A stretch of 44,647 bases of DNA from Bacillales bacterium UBA6331. GTDB lineage: Bacteria; Bacillota_I; Bacilli_A; RF39; UBA660. Numbering within the stretch: the first letter of the stretch is position 1; every line of letters begins with the position of its first letter. Shown here piece by piece: positions 11,303 through 22,340 of the stretch. The stretch spans positions 4,937-49,583 of the forward strand of contig DJSP01000093.1 of assembly GCA_002438065.1 (NCBI GenBank). Direction: 5' to 3'. A program made the translations under genes and the position numbers. A model generated the notes under the pieces. That model was not told where the DNA came from. It did not search any database and saw only the letters and a program-made list of their open reading frames with translations.

Positions 11303-13105
11303 ATGAAAAAACAAAAACTAAGAAATAAAATAGATGATAAATATAAATGGGATTTATCCGCCATATTTAAAAATGATGAAGAATTTTTAAACGAGTTTGA
11401 AAAATGTAAAGATATTATTTATGGACTTAATAAATTCAAAGGTCATATTTTAGATAGTACTAATTCACTTTATGATTATTTTAAAACAAGTGAAAAGATA
11501 GAAAGAAAATTATATAAATTATATTATTATGCAAATCTTAAACATGATGAAGATACAACAAATCCAAAATATCAAGAATATTATCAAAAAATTCAAAAAA
11601 TATTAACAGCATATTCTGAAGAAACATCTTTTGCAGCACCAGAAATGATGAAAAAAGACTATAATTATGTTAAAAAGCTAATTGAAAAAAATAGCAAGTT
11701 AAAAGATTATGAACATAATCTAGAAGATTTTTATCGTTATAAAGATCATACATTAACCGATAGAGAAGAAAAAATATTAAGTACTTTATCAGATGTATTA
11801 GGTAAAAATGCTGAAACTTTTGAAGCATTAACTGATAGTGATTTAAAATTTGGTAATATAAAAGATGAAAATGGGAAAATAATTGAATTCACTGAAAGTA
11901 ATTGGAGTAAAATTGCTAGATCTCCATCAAGAAATGTTCGTAAGAAAGGATTCAAACTATTATATAAAAGATATGCGGAATTTAAAAATACTTTAGCAAG
12001 TACCTTTTCTGGCAATGTTGATGTATTAATAAACTTAGCTAAAATAAGAAATTTTCCATCATCCTTAGAAGCATCCTTATTTGATGATGCAATTAGTAAA
12101 GATGTATATATAAATGTTATTAACACAGTTAAAAATAATTTAGAACCACTTTATAATTATTATAATTTAAAGAAAGAATGTTTAGGATTAGATAAAATGC
12201 ATTTATATGATATATACGTTGATTTAAATCAAGATTATAATCGTGAATTTACATTTGAAGAAGCAAAAGATTTAGTGTTAAATGCATTAAAACCATTAGG
12301 TGATGATTATATAAATATTCTACAGAAAGCCTTTGATGAAAAATGGATTGATATATATAATAATGTAGGGAAAAGAAGTGGAGCATATTCAAGTGGATTC
12401 TATGATACATATCCTTATGTACTCCTTAATTTTGAAGGAAAATTAGATGATGTATCAACACTTGCTCATGAATTAGGTCATTCTGTTCATACTTATCTAT
12501 CCTGTCATAATAACACATATAATAATTCAAGTTATAAAATATTTGTTGCTGAAGTAGCATCAACCGTTAATGAAATGTTATTAAGATTATATCTACTTAA
12601 TAATTCTAAAAATGATAATGAAAAATTATATATATTAAATCAAATAATGGAACTATTTAAATCTACAATATATCGTCAAACTATGTTTGCTGAATTTGAA
12701 ATGAATATGCATGAGTTAAGAAGTAATGGGGAAGCATTAACTTATGAATTATTATGTCAGAAATATTATGATTTAAATAAAATATATTTTGGAAAAGATG
12801 TTGTAGTTGATAAAGAAATAATGTATGAATGGGAAAGAATTCCTCACTTCTATTATGATTTTTATGTTTACAAATATGTTATTGGTCTTGCATGTGCATG
12901 TAAGATCGCCAATGATATTTATAATAATGTACCAAATGCATTAGAAAATTATAAAATATTTTTAAAAAGTGGCGGATCAAATTATCCAAGTGAAGAACTA
13001 AAATATGCAGGAATAGATATTACTAAACCTGATGTATTAATAGATGCAATAAATTTCTTTAATGAAACAGTTAAAGAATATCAAAAAATATTAAGAAAGA
13101 GGTAA
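11303..13105 (+). CDS. pepF: Oligoendopeptidase F (M3B metallopeptidase)
   Basis: 600 aa. HELGHSVH zinc motif and family-typical N-terminus ([14 protein letters not shown]). Confidence 0.9.
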   Translation: MKKQKLRNKIDDKYKWDLSAIFKNDEEFLNEFEKCKDIIYGLNKFKGHILDSTNSLYDYFKTSEKIERKLYKLYYYANLKHDEDTTNPKYQEYYQKIQKILTAYSEETSFAAPEMMKKDYNYVKKLIEKNSKLKDYEHNLEDFYRYKDHTLTDREEKILSTLSDVLGKNAETFEALTDSDLKFGNIKDENGKIIEFTESNWSKIARSPSRNVRKKGFKLLYKRYAEFKNTLASTFSGNVDVLINLAKIRNFPSSLEASLFDDAISKDVYINVINTVKNNLEPLYNYYNLKKECLGLDKMHLYDIYVDLNQDYNREFTFEEAKDLVLNALKPLGDDYINILQKAFDEKWIDIYNNVGKRSGAYSSGFYDTYPYVLLNFEGKLDDVSTLAHELGHSVHTYLSCHNNTYNNSSYKIFVAEVASTVNEMLLRLYLLNNSKNDNEKLYILNQIMELFKSTIYRQTMFAEFEMNMHELRSNGEALTYELLCQKYYDLNKIYFGKDVVVDKEIMYEWERIPHFYYDFYVYKYVIGLACACKIANDIYNNVPNALENYKIFLKSGGSNYPSEELKYAGIDITKPDVLIDAINFFNETVKEYQKILRKR

Positions 13106-13109
13106 TAAA

Positions 13110-14249
13110 ATGGCTAAGAAAGATTATTATGAAATATTAGGTGTATCTAAAAATGCAACCGATGCTGAAATTAAAAGTGCTTTTAGAAAAATGGCTAAAC
13201 AATATCATCCCGATGTAAATAAAGAGCCAGGTGCCGCCGAAAAATTTAAAGAAATATCTGAGGCTTATAGTGTATTATCAGATGAAAGTAAGAGAAAGAT
13301 GTATGATCAATATGGAGCAGATGCTGTAAATAATGCTGGTCAAGGTGGAACCGGAGGTTTTAGCGGTTTTGGTGGATTTCAAGGTGGATTTGGTGATTTT
13401 TCAGGATTCGGTTTTGGTCAAGATGATTTAGAAGATATTATTAGTTCATTTTTTGGTGGTGGATCATCTAAATCTAGAAAAGCAGGAGCAACTAAAGGTG
13501 AAGATGCATTAGTAAGAATCAATTTAACGTTTGATGAAGCAATATTCGGTTGTGAAAAATCCTTTAAAATAAGTTTAAATACGACGTGTCCTGATTGTAA
13601 TGGCAAAGGTGGATTAAATCCTCATACATGTTCAAAATGTAATGGTAAAGGACGCATTATTTCTCAACAAAGAACACTATTTGGTGTAACAAGTGTTCAA
13701 ACTATTTGTCCAAATTGTCGTGGTACTGGAGAAGAATTTGCCAAAACATGTTCAACATGTCGTGGAACTGGAAGATGCAAGAGTGAAAAAACAATTACAT
13801 TAAGAGTACCATCAGGTGTTGCAACAGGTGATCAAATGCGTATGTCAGGAAAAGGTTCAGCCGGAACAAATGGCGGACCAAATGGTGATATTTATATCGA
13901 ATTTGTAGTTAAAGATCATCCATTATTTGTTAGAGATGGACGAAACATCATTTTAGAAGTACCATTAACTATAACCGAAGCAGTATTAGGTTGTGTTATA
14001 GAAATCCCAACCATAAATGGTAAAACTAAAATAGAAATAGATGCTGGCATTCAAAATGGTGAAGAGTTAAAGCTTCGTGGTAAAGGAATAAAGGAAGAAC
14101 GTACTGGTAAAACTGGTGATATGATTATTAAAGTCAAAGTTTTAATACCCAAAAAACTAGACAGAAATCAAAAATCATTATTTAAAACCTTAGCAGATAC
14201 TGATTTGAAAACAAATGAAGAATTTAAAAAGTTTAATAAATATTTATAA
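13110..14249 (+). CDS. dnaJ: Co-chaperone DnaJ
   Basis: J domain (DYYEILGV...HPD), G/F-rich linker, and four CxxCxGxG zinc repeats. Confidence 0.97.
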   Translation: MAKKDYYEILGVSKNATDAEIKSAFRKMAKQYHPDVNKEPGAAEKFKEISEAYSVLSDESKRKMYDQYGADAVNNAGQGGTGGFSGFGGFQGGFGDFSGFGFGQDDLEDIISSFFGGGSSKSRKAGATKGEDALVRINLTFDEAIFGCEKSFKISLNTTCPDCNGKGGLNPHTCSKCNGKGRIISQQRTLFGVTSVQTICPNCRGTGEEFAKTCSTCRGTGRCKSEKTITLRVPSGVATGDQMRMSGKGSAGTNGGPNGDIYIEFVVKDHPLFVRDGRNIILEVPLTITEAVLGCVIEIPTINGKTKIEIDAGIQNGEELKLRGKGIKEERTGKTGDMIIKVKVLIPKKLDRNQKSLFKTLADTDLKTNEEFKKFNKYL

Positions 14250-14301
14250 TCATTGTTTATTAAACTTTTTCTTTTTGATATAATTTAGTAGTACAAGAAA
14301 G

Positions 14302-14814
14302 TTGGCGATAAACAATATGGGAAAAATAACAAAATGGCTTAAAGAAAATATCGTATTTTTAATTATTTTAACAGCAATCATTATAACAAGAATATTCTTT
14401 TTCTCCCCAATAAGAGTAAATGGAACTAGTATGTATCCAACCTTACAAGATAAAGAATTTATGATATTAAATAAAATAAGTTTAAAACAAGGAATTAATA
14501 GATTTGATATAGTTGTTGTTCAAGAAAATAATAAATATATTATAAAAAGAGTAATTGGGCTTCCTGGTGAATCAGTTATGTATAGTGATAATAAATTATA
14601 TATTAATGGCAAAGTAATTGAAGATAATTACAGTAAAACTACAACTAATGATTTCGACAATGTTATTTTAGGAGAAAATGAATATTTTGTTTTAGGCGAT
14701 AACAGAACAGTATCAAAAGACAGTCGTGTAATAGGACCAATAAATATTAAAAATATAAAAGGAAAAACTAATTTAATAATTTTTCCCTTTAATAAAATAG
14801 GAACTGTCGAATGA
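14302..14814 (+). CDS. lepB: Signal peptidase I
   Basis: N-terminal TM helix, catalytic GTSMYPTL, KRVIGLPGE, and GDNRTVSKDSR. TTG at 14302 or ATG at 14317 could be the start. An extended -10 box TGATATAAT lies at 14276-14284. Confidence 0.85.
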   Translation: MAINNMGKITKWLKENIVFLIILTAIIITRIFFFSPIRVNGTSMYPTLQDKEFMILNKISLKQGINRFDIVVVQENNKYIIKRVIGLPGESVMYSDNKLYINGKVIEDNYSKTTTNDFDNVILGENEYFVLGDNRTVSKDSRVIGPINIKNIKGKTNLIIFPFNKIGTVE

Positions 14815-15713
14815 AAAATTATATTTTAAATATATATTCAAACTATTTATTAGAAGAGGAAATGAATAAAATAATAGCAAAAGATGACAATATAATTAAT
14901 TTAAATTATGATGATTTAAAAATAGATAATATTATTTTAGAATGCTCATATTACTCCTTAATTGATACTTCTAAATGTGTAATTGTTAAGAATTTTAAGT
15001 TAAATGAAGATGCTAGAAAACTGATAAATTACCTAGAAAATCCCAATAAAGATGTCAAACTAATATTAATATGTAATAACTATGACAAACGAAATAAAAT
15101 ATATAAAGATATAAAAGATAAGATAAACATTATCGAAATAAAAGCATTGAAGTCTAATGAAATTATAAATAAAATAAATTCCTACTGTAAAGAAAAGCAA
15201 GTTAAAATAGGCTACAACGAAATAAATTATTTATTAGATAAAAATCGAAATGATATAGATTTAGTAATAAGTGAAATAACTAAATTAAATATAATATCGA
15301 ATAATATTAATACAGATATAATTAATACTTATGGTTCATTTATTCCAAATGATGATAGTTTCGAATTATGTGATGCAATTGTTGAGAAAAAAAACAAGGA
15401 AATACCATCTCTATTAAATGAATTTATAGAAGCTAGAAAAGAGGTAATTCCTTTTGTTGCTTTGCTTGCTATGCAATATAGATATATTTATGCCTGTATG
15501 ATAATTAATAGATCGTCTGATTATTTAATGAAATTATTTAACGTAAGTAGTGATTATCCTTTTATTAAAGCAAAAGGTCGCATTAGTAAATATAGCAATC
15601 AAGAATTAAAAGACATACTTATTAACTTAGCAAAAGTGGATTTAGATTTAAAATCAACTGATAAAGATAAATATAATATTTTAAAAACATTTATTAGTAG
15701 TGTTATAGTATAA
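14811..15713 (+). CDS. holA: DNA polymerase III delta subunit (HolA)-like
   Basis: 300 aa. The length and pattern match HolA: N-terminal Rossmann-like part, middle EITKLNI, C-terminal FELCDAI...VIPFVALLAMQYRYI...DLDLKS. ATGA overlap with lepB. The sequence is divergent. Confidence 0.6.
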   Translation: MKNYILNIYSNYLLEEEMNKIIAKDDNIINLNYDDLKIDNIILECSYYSLIDTSKCVIVKNFKLNEDARKLINYLENPNKDVKLILICNNYDKRNKIYKDIKDKINIIEIKALKSNEIINKINSYCKEKQVKIGYNEINYLLDKNRNDIDLVISEITKLNIISNNINTDIINTYGSFIPNDDSFELCDAIVEKKNKEIPSLLNEFIEARKEVIPFVALLAMQYRYIYACMIINRSSDYLMKLFNVSSDYPFIKAKGRISKYSNQELKDILINLAKVDLDLKSTDKDKYNILKTFISSVIV

Positions 15714-15727
15714 AAAGGATGGTTAAT

Positions 15728-15868
15728 ATGGAAACACAAGAAATAGAATTAGATGGTAAAAAAATAGATATTGTAATTAAATTAAATGGAGAATATCCTA
15801 CCGATATTGATACTGATGATAATTATGGTAAAGATAATAATATAAATAATGGTGAAATACATGAATAA
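15728..15868 (+). CDS. Possible 46-aa acidic protein (METQEIELDGKKIDIVIKLNGEYPTDIDTDDNYGKDNNINNGEIHE)
   Basis: ORF found by hand. AAGGA SD lies 8 nt upstream. The stop overlaps the next ATG (ATGAATAA). Confidence 0.35.
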   Translation: METQEIELDGKKIDIVIKLNGEYPTDIDTDDNYGKDNNINNGEIHE

Positions 15869-17630
15869 TCCAGTAGAAATAGAAGAATTTTTAAAATATT
15901 ATGCAAGAATATATAACCAAAATCCGAATTTACCAATTGTTAGAGATACCATTTATCATGGTTTAACAACTTATGGAATAAGTGATGAGGAAAAGAAAAA
16001 CAAAAGTATTAAATATATGTTTCCTAAATGGATAAATTATTTTAAAAATAGTAATTTACATGTTTACGAAAGTGATATGCAAAAACATTTTCTTCAGTTT
16101 CACACATCTGATGGAAGAACAACTGAAGGTCATGTAAAAATTTATGCAACATTTGCCAAAGAAGATATGGAATCTTGCGTAATTCGTATATTTGATTATA
16201 TTAGTAAAAATAACTTTGCAACATATTCAAAAGTATCAGATGTCGTTAGAGCTGATTCTATAGTTTTAAGAATGGTTAATCCAAAAGAAGCAGATAAAGT
16301 TATCAATTTTATTAATAATGATCAATATTTATCTGGTAAAGCCCGTAAAACAAATCCATTTTTAATGAAAGTTGGAGTTGTTGGAATAGCAAGCGATAAA
16401 AATTTAAGTTATAATTCTTCAGTTGCCTTTCTCATAACCAGATATTTTAAGGAAACAACAAATTATGATAATGTAAGTTTTAATGATTTTAAGCAGTTTA
16501 CTAATAAATATTTTAATGATGTTTTTATAAATCAAACTAAATTACAAGATTTTATTTATGATGAAGAATTTCTTGTTAACAAAAAACGTTTTAATACTGA
16601 TGGAGAAGCTTTAGCAAATTTTTATGAAGTATTTAAATTAATAAATATGTCATTAAATAAATATACAAATATGAATGATTTTTATAATCATGTTTTAATG
16701 ACACAAAATGAAGAATCATCTCAAAGATTATTAAAATATTACGATATAAGTATTCGAAATATTGAAAACAAATTAGTAGCAAATAGCATAAATAAAAAAG
16801 AATTACTTGATGAGTACATTAAATATGCTATAAAAAAATATAATGGTGTTGATACCACGTTAAATTATTTAAAAATGTATATAAATGGTTATCAAAACGC
16901 AATTACAAGAGATAATAATTTTAGAACTAATTTTACTAAGTACCTTTCTCTAAAAGAGATTATAAACATAGCAAATGGAAATATCGAAGATTATGTTCAA
17001 AGTTTTATGCCAAATATGGTAAAAAATAATGATAATCTTTATGAACTATTTATAGCAGCAGTTACTGCAACTTACAATAAATATGGTTTTAATCATACCA
17101 AAGTTGCGTTAACATTATTTATTACCAAAAATGATACATGTCTTATCACCAATGGCAATCAAAACTATCGTAATAGATTGCTAAAGTATAGTCATGAAGA
17201 AATATTAAATGAATTTAAAGACCTTACTAAAAACTACACTCTAAATAATAATCAAGACGTATATAGTTATGTATTACTAACTATATTAAATAAAAAATAT
17301 AATAATGAAAATCAAGAAGAAAATATTCCAAATGGCTTATCTGCAAATAAACTTCCATATTATTTGCAAAAAGTAATTCAAATAATAACTCAAAATAGTG
17401 ATATTAATTTAGTAAATAGGCTGGTTCAAGAATTTTTTCAAGGAAATATAAGCAGTATTAAAAATATTCATGATGAAGACTTTGAAGTATTAAAAAGTTA
17501 TTCACAAGTAGAAATTCAAAACGCAATGTACACCTTAACAAAAGGATATAATCATGACTCAAATCAAAGTCTAATAAACTATATATGTACACTAAATCTA
17601 GAATCAAAAATTTCTAATAAACACATTTAA
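15861..17630 (+). CDS. Hypothetical 589-aa protein with no recognisable family
   Basis: Long intact ORF. The track start GTG 15849 is less likely than ATG 15861, which is coupled to the small upstream ORF. Nothing in it can be assigned to a known motif. Confidence 0.7.
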   Translation: MNNPVEIEEFLKYYARIYNQNPNLPIVRDTIYHGLTTYGISDEEKKNKSIKYMFPKWINYFKNSNLHVYESDMQKHFLQFHTSDGRTTEGHVKIYATFAKEDMESCVIRIFDYISKNNFATYSKVSDVVRADSIVLRMVNPKEADKVINFINNDQYLSGKARKTNPFLMKVGVVGIASDKNLSYNSSVAFLITRYFKETTNYDNVSFNDFKQFTNKYFNDVFINQTKLQDFIYDEEFLVNKKRFNTDGEALANFYEVFKLINMSLNKYTNMNDFYNHVLMTQNEESSQRLLKYYDISIRNIENKLVANSINKKELLDEYIKYAIKKYNGVDTTLNYLKMYINGYQNAITRDNNFRTNFTKYLSLKEIINIANGNIEDYVQSFMPNMVKNNDNLYELFIAAVTATYNKYGFNHTKVALTLFITKNDTCLITNGNQNYRNRLLKYSHEEILNEFKDLTKNYTLNNNQDVYSYVLLTILNKKYNNENQEENIPNGLSANKLPYYLQKVIQIITQNSDINLVNRLVQEFFQGNISSIKNIHDEDFEVLKSYSQVEIQNAMYTLTKGYNHDSNQSLINYICTLNLESKISNKHI

Positions 17631-17662
17631 AAAAGTTATTGCAAAATTACGCAATAACTTTT
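17631..17662. terminator. Bidirectional terminator between the orphan ORF and rnhC
   Basis: Perfect 12-bp stem aaaagttattgc/gcaataactttt with an 8-nt loop. A-runs or T-runs on both sides. Confidence 0.75.
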
Positions 17663-18626
17663 ATTCATTTTCTAATATATTTTTAATCTTCTCAGTATTT
17701 TTAAAATTTAATTTGGCAATTTTGCTAAGTTCATTCACTCCATATTTTTTAGCTATCATAGCAGCTTGTTTATCAACTTCTGGTCCAGCACCTTTTTTAA
17801 TAAATATTTGATATTTTTCTTCAATCTTTTTCATTTCCATTAAAAATACATATCTACATATAATTGAAGAAACAGCAACTGCGTAGCATTTATCTTCCGC
17901 CTTAGTAGTAAAAGTGATATTTCTATAAATCTCTTTAGCATCTTTAATATATTCGAAATAATTTTTAGGAAGACAAAACTGATCAACAACCACGTATTTA
18001 ACATCATCATAATTATTCTTAACCATATTAATAAGAACCTTATTATGTAAAATAGCCTTAATCTTATTCATATTAGTAGGATATTTATTATAAGTTTGAT
18101 TATCTAAAATATAAGTAGAGTGGGGAATAGTTTTAATTAATTTAGGTCCAATTTTAAGAATAATATCATCCGTTATTTTCTTACTATCTTTAACTCCTAA
18201 ATTCATTACTTCCTTAATATTTTCTTTACTTACATATGAAGCCGTAACAACAATAGGTCCAAAATAATCACCAGTTCCAACTTCATCTGATCCAATAGTA
18301 GCAACATTTCTAAATCTTAAATCAGTTTCTTCTTTTACTTTATCTTTCTTTTTATTCTCACTATTTTTAAGTTCACTATCAATATTTCGATTATTTAAAC
18401 TCATTTCTAATTCTTTCCAAATTTGAGCCTCGATATCTGCACTATTTCCTTGAAAAACAACCTTTCCTGAATTATAAAGAGTTATGTTAGTATCTGCATC
18501 ATTGGCTTGAAATATAGCATAAGGAGGAGTTTTTTGTCTTCTTTTATCAGCATAAAAACTAATCATTCTATTTTTTACATTATCACTTACAGTAAATACA
18601 ATTGCCATAAACATCACCAACTTCAT
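17661..18626 (-). CDS. rnhC: Ribonuclease HIII
   Basis: N-terminal TBP-like domain (YAIFQANDADTNITLYNSGKVVFQG). RNase H catalytic core IGSDEVGTGDYFGPIVV. The true start may be an internal Met. Confidence 0.9.
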   Translation of the reverse strand: MKLVMFMAIVFTVSDNVKNRMISFYADKRRQKTPPYAIFQANDADTNITLYNSGKVVFQGNSADIEAQIWKELEMSLNNRNIDSELKNSENKKKDKVKEETDLRFRNVATIGSDEVGTGDYFGPIVVTASYVSKENIKEVMNLGVKDSKKITDDIILKIGPKLIKTIPHSTYILDNQTYNKYPTNMNKIKAILHNKVLINMVKNNYDDVKYVVVDQFCLPKNYFEYIKDAKEIYRNITFTTKAEDKCYAVAVSSIICRYVFLMEMKKIEEKYQIFIKKGAGPEVDKQAAMIAKKYGVNELSKIAKLNFKNTEKIKNILENE

Positions 18627-18700
18627 AATACCATAACTTTTTAATTATTTCTTTACTTTTTTTAAGTTATTATAATATAATTAATCTAGGAGTGTAAAAA

Positions 18701-19438
18701 ATGAATATATTAGACTATTTAATATTAATAATTATTATTTTAGGTGCTTTATATGGATATAAAAGAGGATTTATTGGTTCATTAATAAATTTTGTTGGAA
18801 CAATAGTAGTAATCATTCTGGCATTTTATTTAAAAAATCCCATATCAGTATTCTTGTATGAACATTTTCCATTCTTTAAAATTAGTGGTTTTTATAGCGG
18901 TATAAGTGTTTATAATATTTTAATTTATGAAGGTATAAGTTTTCTTATCACACTATCAATATTAAGTTTTGTCTTTAAAATTATTTCTAAAATAACTGGA
19001 TTAGTTGGTAAACTAACACTAGGAATATTTTCTGAAGGTTTAATTGGTAAACTACTTGGTTTAATATTTGGCTTTTTTCAAGGATTTTTAATTGCTTTCT
19101 TCATATGTTTCTTATTTAGTACTTTTGCAAACACGGCTAAAATATATCAAGATTCAAAATATGGCAATCGAATTGTCTCTAAAACGCCATTCTTATCTAA
19201 TATTGTTGAAAAAACATATTTATCAATTAAAAACGTGTATGATATCACATTAGAATACCAAAATAGTAGTGATAAAGAAGAAGCTAACAAAAAGTGCTTG
19301 GAAGTATTATTAAAATATGAAATAATTTCTAAAGAATCAGCTGAAAAACTAAATAATAATGGAAAATTAAATATTAAAGATATAAAAGGTGTTATAAATA
19401 ATAGTTTAAATATTGATAATAATAATGAGGAGGAATAA
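18701..19438 (+). CDS. cvpA: CvpA-family membrane protein
   Basis: MNILDYLILIIIILGALYGYKRGFIGSL... with four TM helices. The rnhC-cvpA-trxA neighbourhood is as in Bacillus. Confidence 0.75.
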   Translation: MNILDYLILIIIILGALYGYKRGFIGSLINFVGTIVVIILAFYLKNPISVFLYEHFPFFKISGFYSGISVYNILIYEGISFLITLSILSFVFKIISKITGLVGKLTLGIFSEGLIGKLLGLIFGFFQGFLIAFFICFLFSTFANTAKIYQDSKYGNRIVSKTPFLSNIVEKTYLSIKNVYDITLEYQNSSDKEEANKKCLEVLLKYEIISKESAEKLNNNGKLNIKDIKGVINNSLNIDNNNEEE

Positions 19439-19440
19439 AA

Positions 19441-19734
19441 ATGGTAGAATATTTAAGTAATCAAAAATTAGAGGATGTTTTAACTGATGAATTAACTATA
19501 GTTGATTTTTTTGCTAATTGGTGTTCACCTTGTAAAATGATTGGTATGGAATTAGAAGAATTACCAAATAAAATAATTAAAGTTGATGTTGATACTCACG
19601 GAGAACTTGCTCAAAGTCATGGCGTAATGAGTATTCCTACAGTTGAAATATATAAAAATAAAAAGATGGTTACTCATTTTGTTGGATATAAAACAAAAGA
19701 TGAAATAGAGGAAATCCTTAAAGAATATAAATAA
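19441..19734 (+). CDS. trxA: Thioredoxin (active site WCSPCK)
   Basis: 97 aa with a thioredoxin fold pattern. CSPC replaces the canonical CGPC, and the cis-Pro context is MSIPT. Confidence 0.88.
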   Translation: MVEYLSNQKLEDVLTDELTIVDFFANWCSPCKMIGMELEELPNKIIKVDVDTHGELAQSHGVMSIPTVEIYKNKKMVTHFVGYKTKDEIEEILKEYK

Positions 19735-19799
19735 ATATTTAGATCAAAATAAATATTTATTTTTTTATAAGTTATATTTAACAAATGTACGGTTTTTCA

Positions 19800-19828
19800 T
19801 TGACTATTATAAACTTACGAAATATAAT
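19800..19828 (+). promoter_or_regulatory. Sigma-A promoter of alaS (TTGACT-17-TATAAT)
   Basis: ttgact at 19800-19805, tataat at 19823-19828. The leader to alaS is about 135 nt and AT-rich. Confidence 0.6.
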
Positions 19829-19968
19829 AATAAACATAGGTTATGAAAAAGAAATATTAAACTTAGTTAAGAATAATTACTAAATATTTGTTTATTAATT
19901 GATTTATTTTCTTTTATAAAAGATGAAAATATGATAATATAAACGTAGTTAAAAGGAGTGCATAAAAT

Positions 19969-21732
19969 ATGAATTTAAAAGATTTATATATCAATTATTT
20001 TGTAAGTAAAGGTCATAAACAAATTCCTTCAGCGCCAGTAGTACCTGAAAATGATGCAAGCGTTTTATTTAACACAGCTGGAATGCAGCCATTAATTCCA
20101 TATTTAATGGGAAAAGAACATCCTTATGGTAGAAGATTAACTGATTATCAAAAATGTATTAGAACTAATGATTTAGATTCTGTTGGAGATGAAACACATC
20201 ATACATTTTTTGAAATGTTAGGAAATTGGTCATTAGGTGATTATTTTAAAAATGAATCAATTGAATATAGTTTTGAGTTTTTAACCAAAGTATTAAATAT
20301 TGATGTTGAAAGATTAGCAATAACTGTATTTGCTGGTGACGATAAAATTCCTAAAGATACTGTATCAGGAAATAAATGGATTGAATTAGGCATTAATCCT
20401 AAAAAGATTGCTTATTTAGGTGAAGAAGATAATTTCTGGATTGCTGGAGAAAGTGGCCCATGTGGCTCAGATACTGAAATATTCTATTTTAGATCAAATG
20501 ATGAAATACCTGACTTTTTTGATCTAAGTGATAATAGATGGGTTGAAATTTGGAATAACGTGTTTATGCAATATTTTAAAGATGAAAATGGAAACGTTAC
20601 TGAATTGCCTAAAAAGAATGTTGATACAGGTATGGGGGTTGAAAGAGTAGCTGCTATATTAGAAGGTGTTAATGACAACTATTTATCATCAGTTTGGATA
20701 GATGTTATTAAATTAATTGAACAAATTTCTAATAAAAAATATGAAGAAAATAAAAAAGATATTAGAATTATAGCTGATCATATTAGAACTGCTACATTTA
20801 TCTTAGGAGATAACGCTAAAATAGTCCCTTCAAATACCGATAGAGGATATATTTTAAGAAGATTAATTAGACGTGCAATTAGATGTGCTAGAAACCTAGG
20901 AATTGATAATAACACTAACTGGGAAGAACAAATTGCCAATCTAATTATCGAAAAATATGCTAAATATTATGAAGAATTATCTAATAATAAAGAATTTATA
21001 ATTACTGAACTTGCTAAAGAGAAATCTAAATTTAGTAAAACATTAGAAAAAGGTTTAAGAGTATTTGAAAAAGAAACTCAAAAAGTCAAAACAATTGATA
21101 AAGATTTAGCGTTCAAATTATATGACACATTTGGTTTTCCGATAGAACTAACAGAAGAACTTGCTAAAGAAAAAAATTTAGAAGTAGATATCGAAGGATT
21201 TAAAGAAAAATTTAAAGCTCACCAAGAATTATCAAGAACTGCTTCAAAAGGTATGTTTAAAGGTGGCTTAGCAGGAGATTCACAAATCGAAACAAGATAT
21301 CATACTGCAACCCATTTACTTAATGCAGCCCTTAAAAAAGTGTTAAATGGAGATGTCCATCAAAAGGGTTCAAATATTACAAATGAAAGAATGCGTTTTG
21401 ACTTCTCATTTGACCGTAAACTTACCAAAGAAGAATTAGATCAAGCTGAAAATCTAGTTAACGAATGGATCCAAAGAGATTTAATTGTTACAGTAGCTGA
21501 AGAAAACAAAATGGATGCAGTACAAAGTGGTGCCGAAGCAATGTTTATCGAAAGATATCCTGATATTGTAACTGTTTATACAATAAGTGATAGAACAACA
21601 GGTGAAGTAATATCTAAAGAAATTTGTATGGGACCACACGTTGAACATACAAGTGAAATTGGCAAATTTAAAATAGTAAAAGAAGAGGCATCATCAGCAG
21701 GTGTAAGACGTATTAAAGCCGTAATTGAATAA
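19969..21732 (+). CDS. alaS: Alanine--tRNA ligase, short form (587 aa, no C-Ala domain)
   Basis: Class II core (FNTAGMQPL, HHTFFEMLGNWSLGDYFK), editing-domain motifs HTATHLL and CMGPHV. The protein ends just after GVRRIKAV. Confidence 0.93.
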   Translation: MNLKDLYINYFVSKGHKQIPSAPVVPENDASVLFNTAGMQPLIPYLMGKEHPYGRRLTDYQKCIRTNDLDSVGDETHHTFFEMLGNWSLGDYFKNESIEYSFEFLTKVLNIDVERLAITVFAGDDKIPKDTVSGNKWIELGINPKKIAYLGEEDNFWIAGESGPCGSDTEIFYFRSNDEIPDFFDLSDNRWVEIWNNVFMQYFKDENGNVTELPKKNVDTGMGVERVAAILEGVNDNYLSSVWIDVIKLIEQISNKKYEENKKDIRIIADHIRTATFILGDNAKIVPSNTDRGYILRRLIRRAIRCARNLGIDNNTNWEEQIANLIIEKYAKYYEELSNNKEFIITELAKEKSKFSKTLEKGLRVFEKETQKVKTIDKDLAFKLYDTFGFPIELTEELAKEKNLEVDIEGFKEKFKAHQELSRTASKGMFKGGLAGDSQIETRYHTATHLLNAALKKVLNGDVHQKGSNITNERMRFDFSFDRKLTKEELDQAENLVNEWIQRDLIVTVAEENKMDAVQSGAEAMFIERYPDIVTVYTISDRTTGEVISKEICMGPHVEHTSEIGKFKIVKEEASSAGVRRIKAVIE

Positions 21733-21821
21733 AAAAGTGTCAAATTAGCGTAAAATTATAAAAAATATAAAGTAAAACAGTGCATGATGGGTAATAAGTA
21801 TATATAGGAGGTAATGAAATT

Positions 21822-22334
21822 ATGAAAAATATAAACTTGCTAAATCCTTATTCATTCCATTATTTATGGAAAAATGAAATAGGTAAAAATTTTATTTGTG
21901 CTTTGGCAAACGAAATAATTAATGATAATGAAGATTATGTACTTTTACCCTTTGTTAATGATAATTTAAATAATGTTAGAAGTTACGTAATACTAGAATC
22001 AGAAACAAAAGTATTATTTATTGATTTTAACTTCAAAGAAAATGATAATTTATTAAAAACTGATTTACTATTAATGAAGTATCTAAGATATACAAATAAA
22101 AAGAATGTTAAATTAATCATAGTTAATGATTATAATGGTTTGAATAATGAAATAGACAATATTATTGATATTTACAATAATGACGATATTAGTTCAAATT
22201 GTAAATTACTTTATGCTAAAAAATATAAAGAACAATCTTTGATCAATAAAGATATAGCTGATATTTTAAATAGTATGAATAATGATGAATATAAAATCTA
22301 TCAGCATGAAAATATGTTAAAAGATAGAATATAA
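21822..22334 (+). CDS. Hypothetical 170-aa protein
   Basis: ORF with an AGGAGG SD. The N-terminus is faintly reminiscent of PD-(D/E)XK/Rpn-like proteins, but I cannot support that assignment. Confidence 0.5.
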   Translation: MKNINLLNPYSFHYLWKNEIGKNFICALANEIINDNEDYVLLPFVNDNLNNVRSYVILESETKVLFIDFNFKENDNLLKTDLLLMKYLRYTNKKNVKLIIVNDYNGLNNEIDNIIDIYNNDDISSNCKLLYAKKYKEQSLINKDIADILNSMNNDEYKIYQHENMLKDRI

Positions 22335-22340
22335 AGGAAT

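Noticed and set aside
19735-19968. T-box riboswitch or attenuator in the ~135-nt leader upstream of alaS
   Set aside because: There is no T-box motif (..GGUGGUACCGCG..), no GA/K-turn or specifier-loop features, and no terminator/antiterminator pair. The leader is almost pure A/T.
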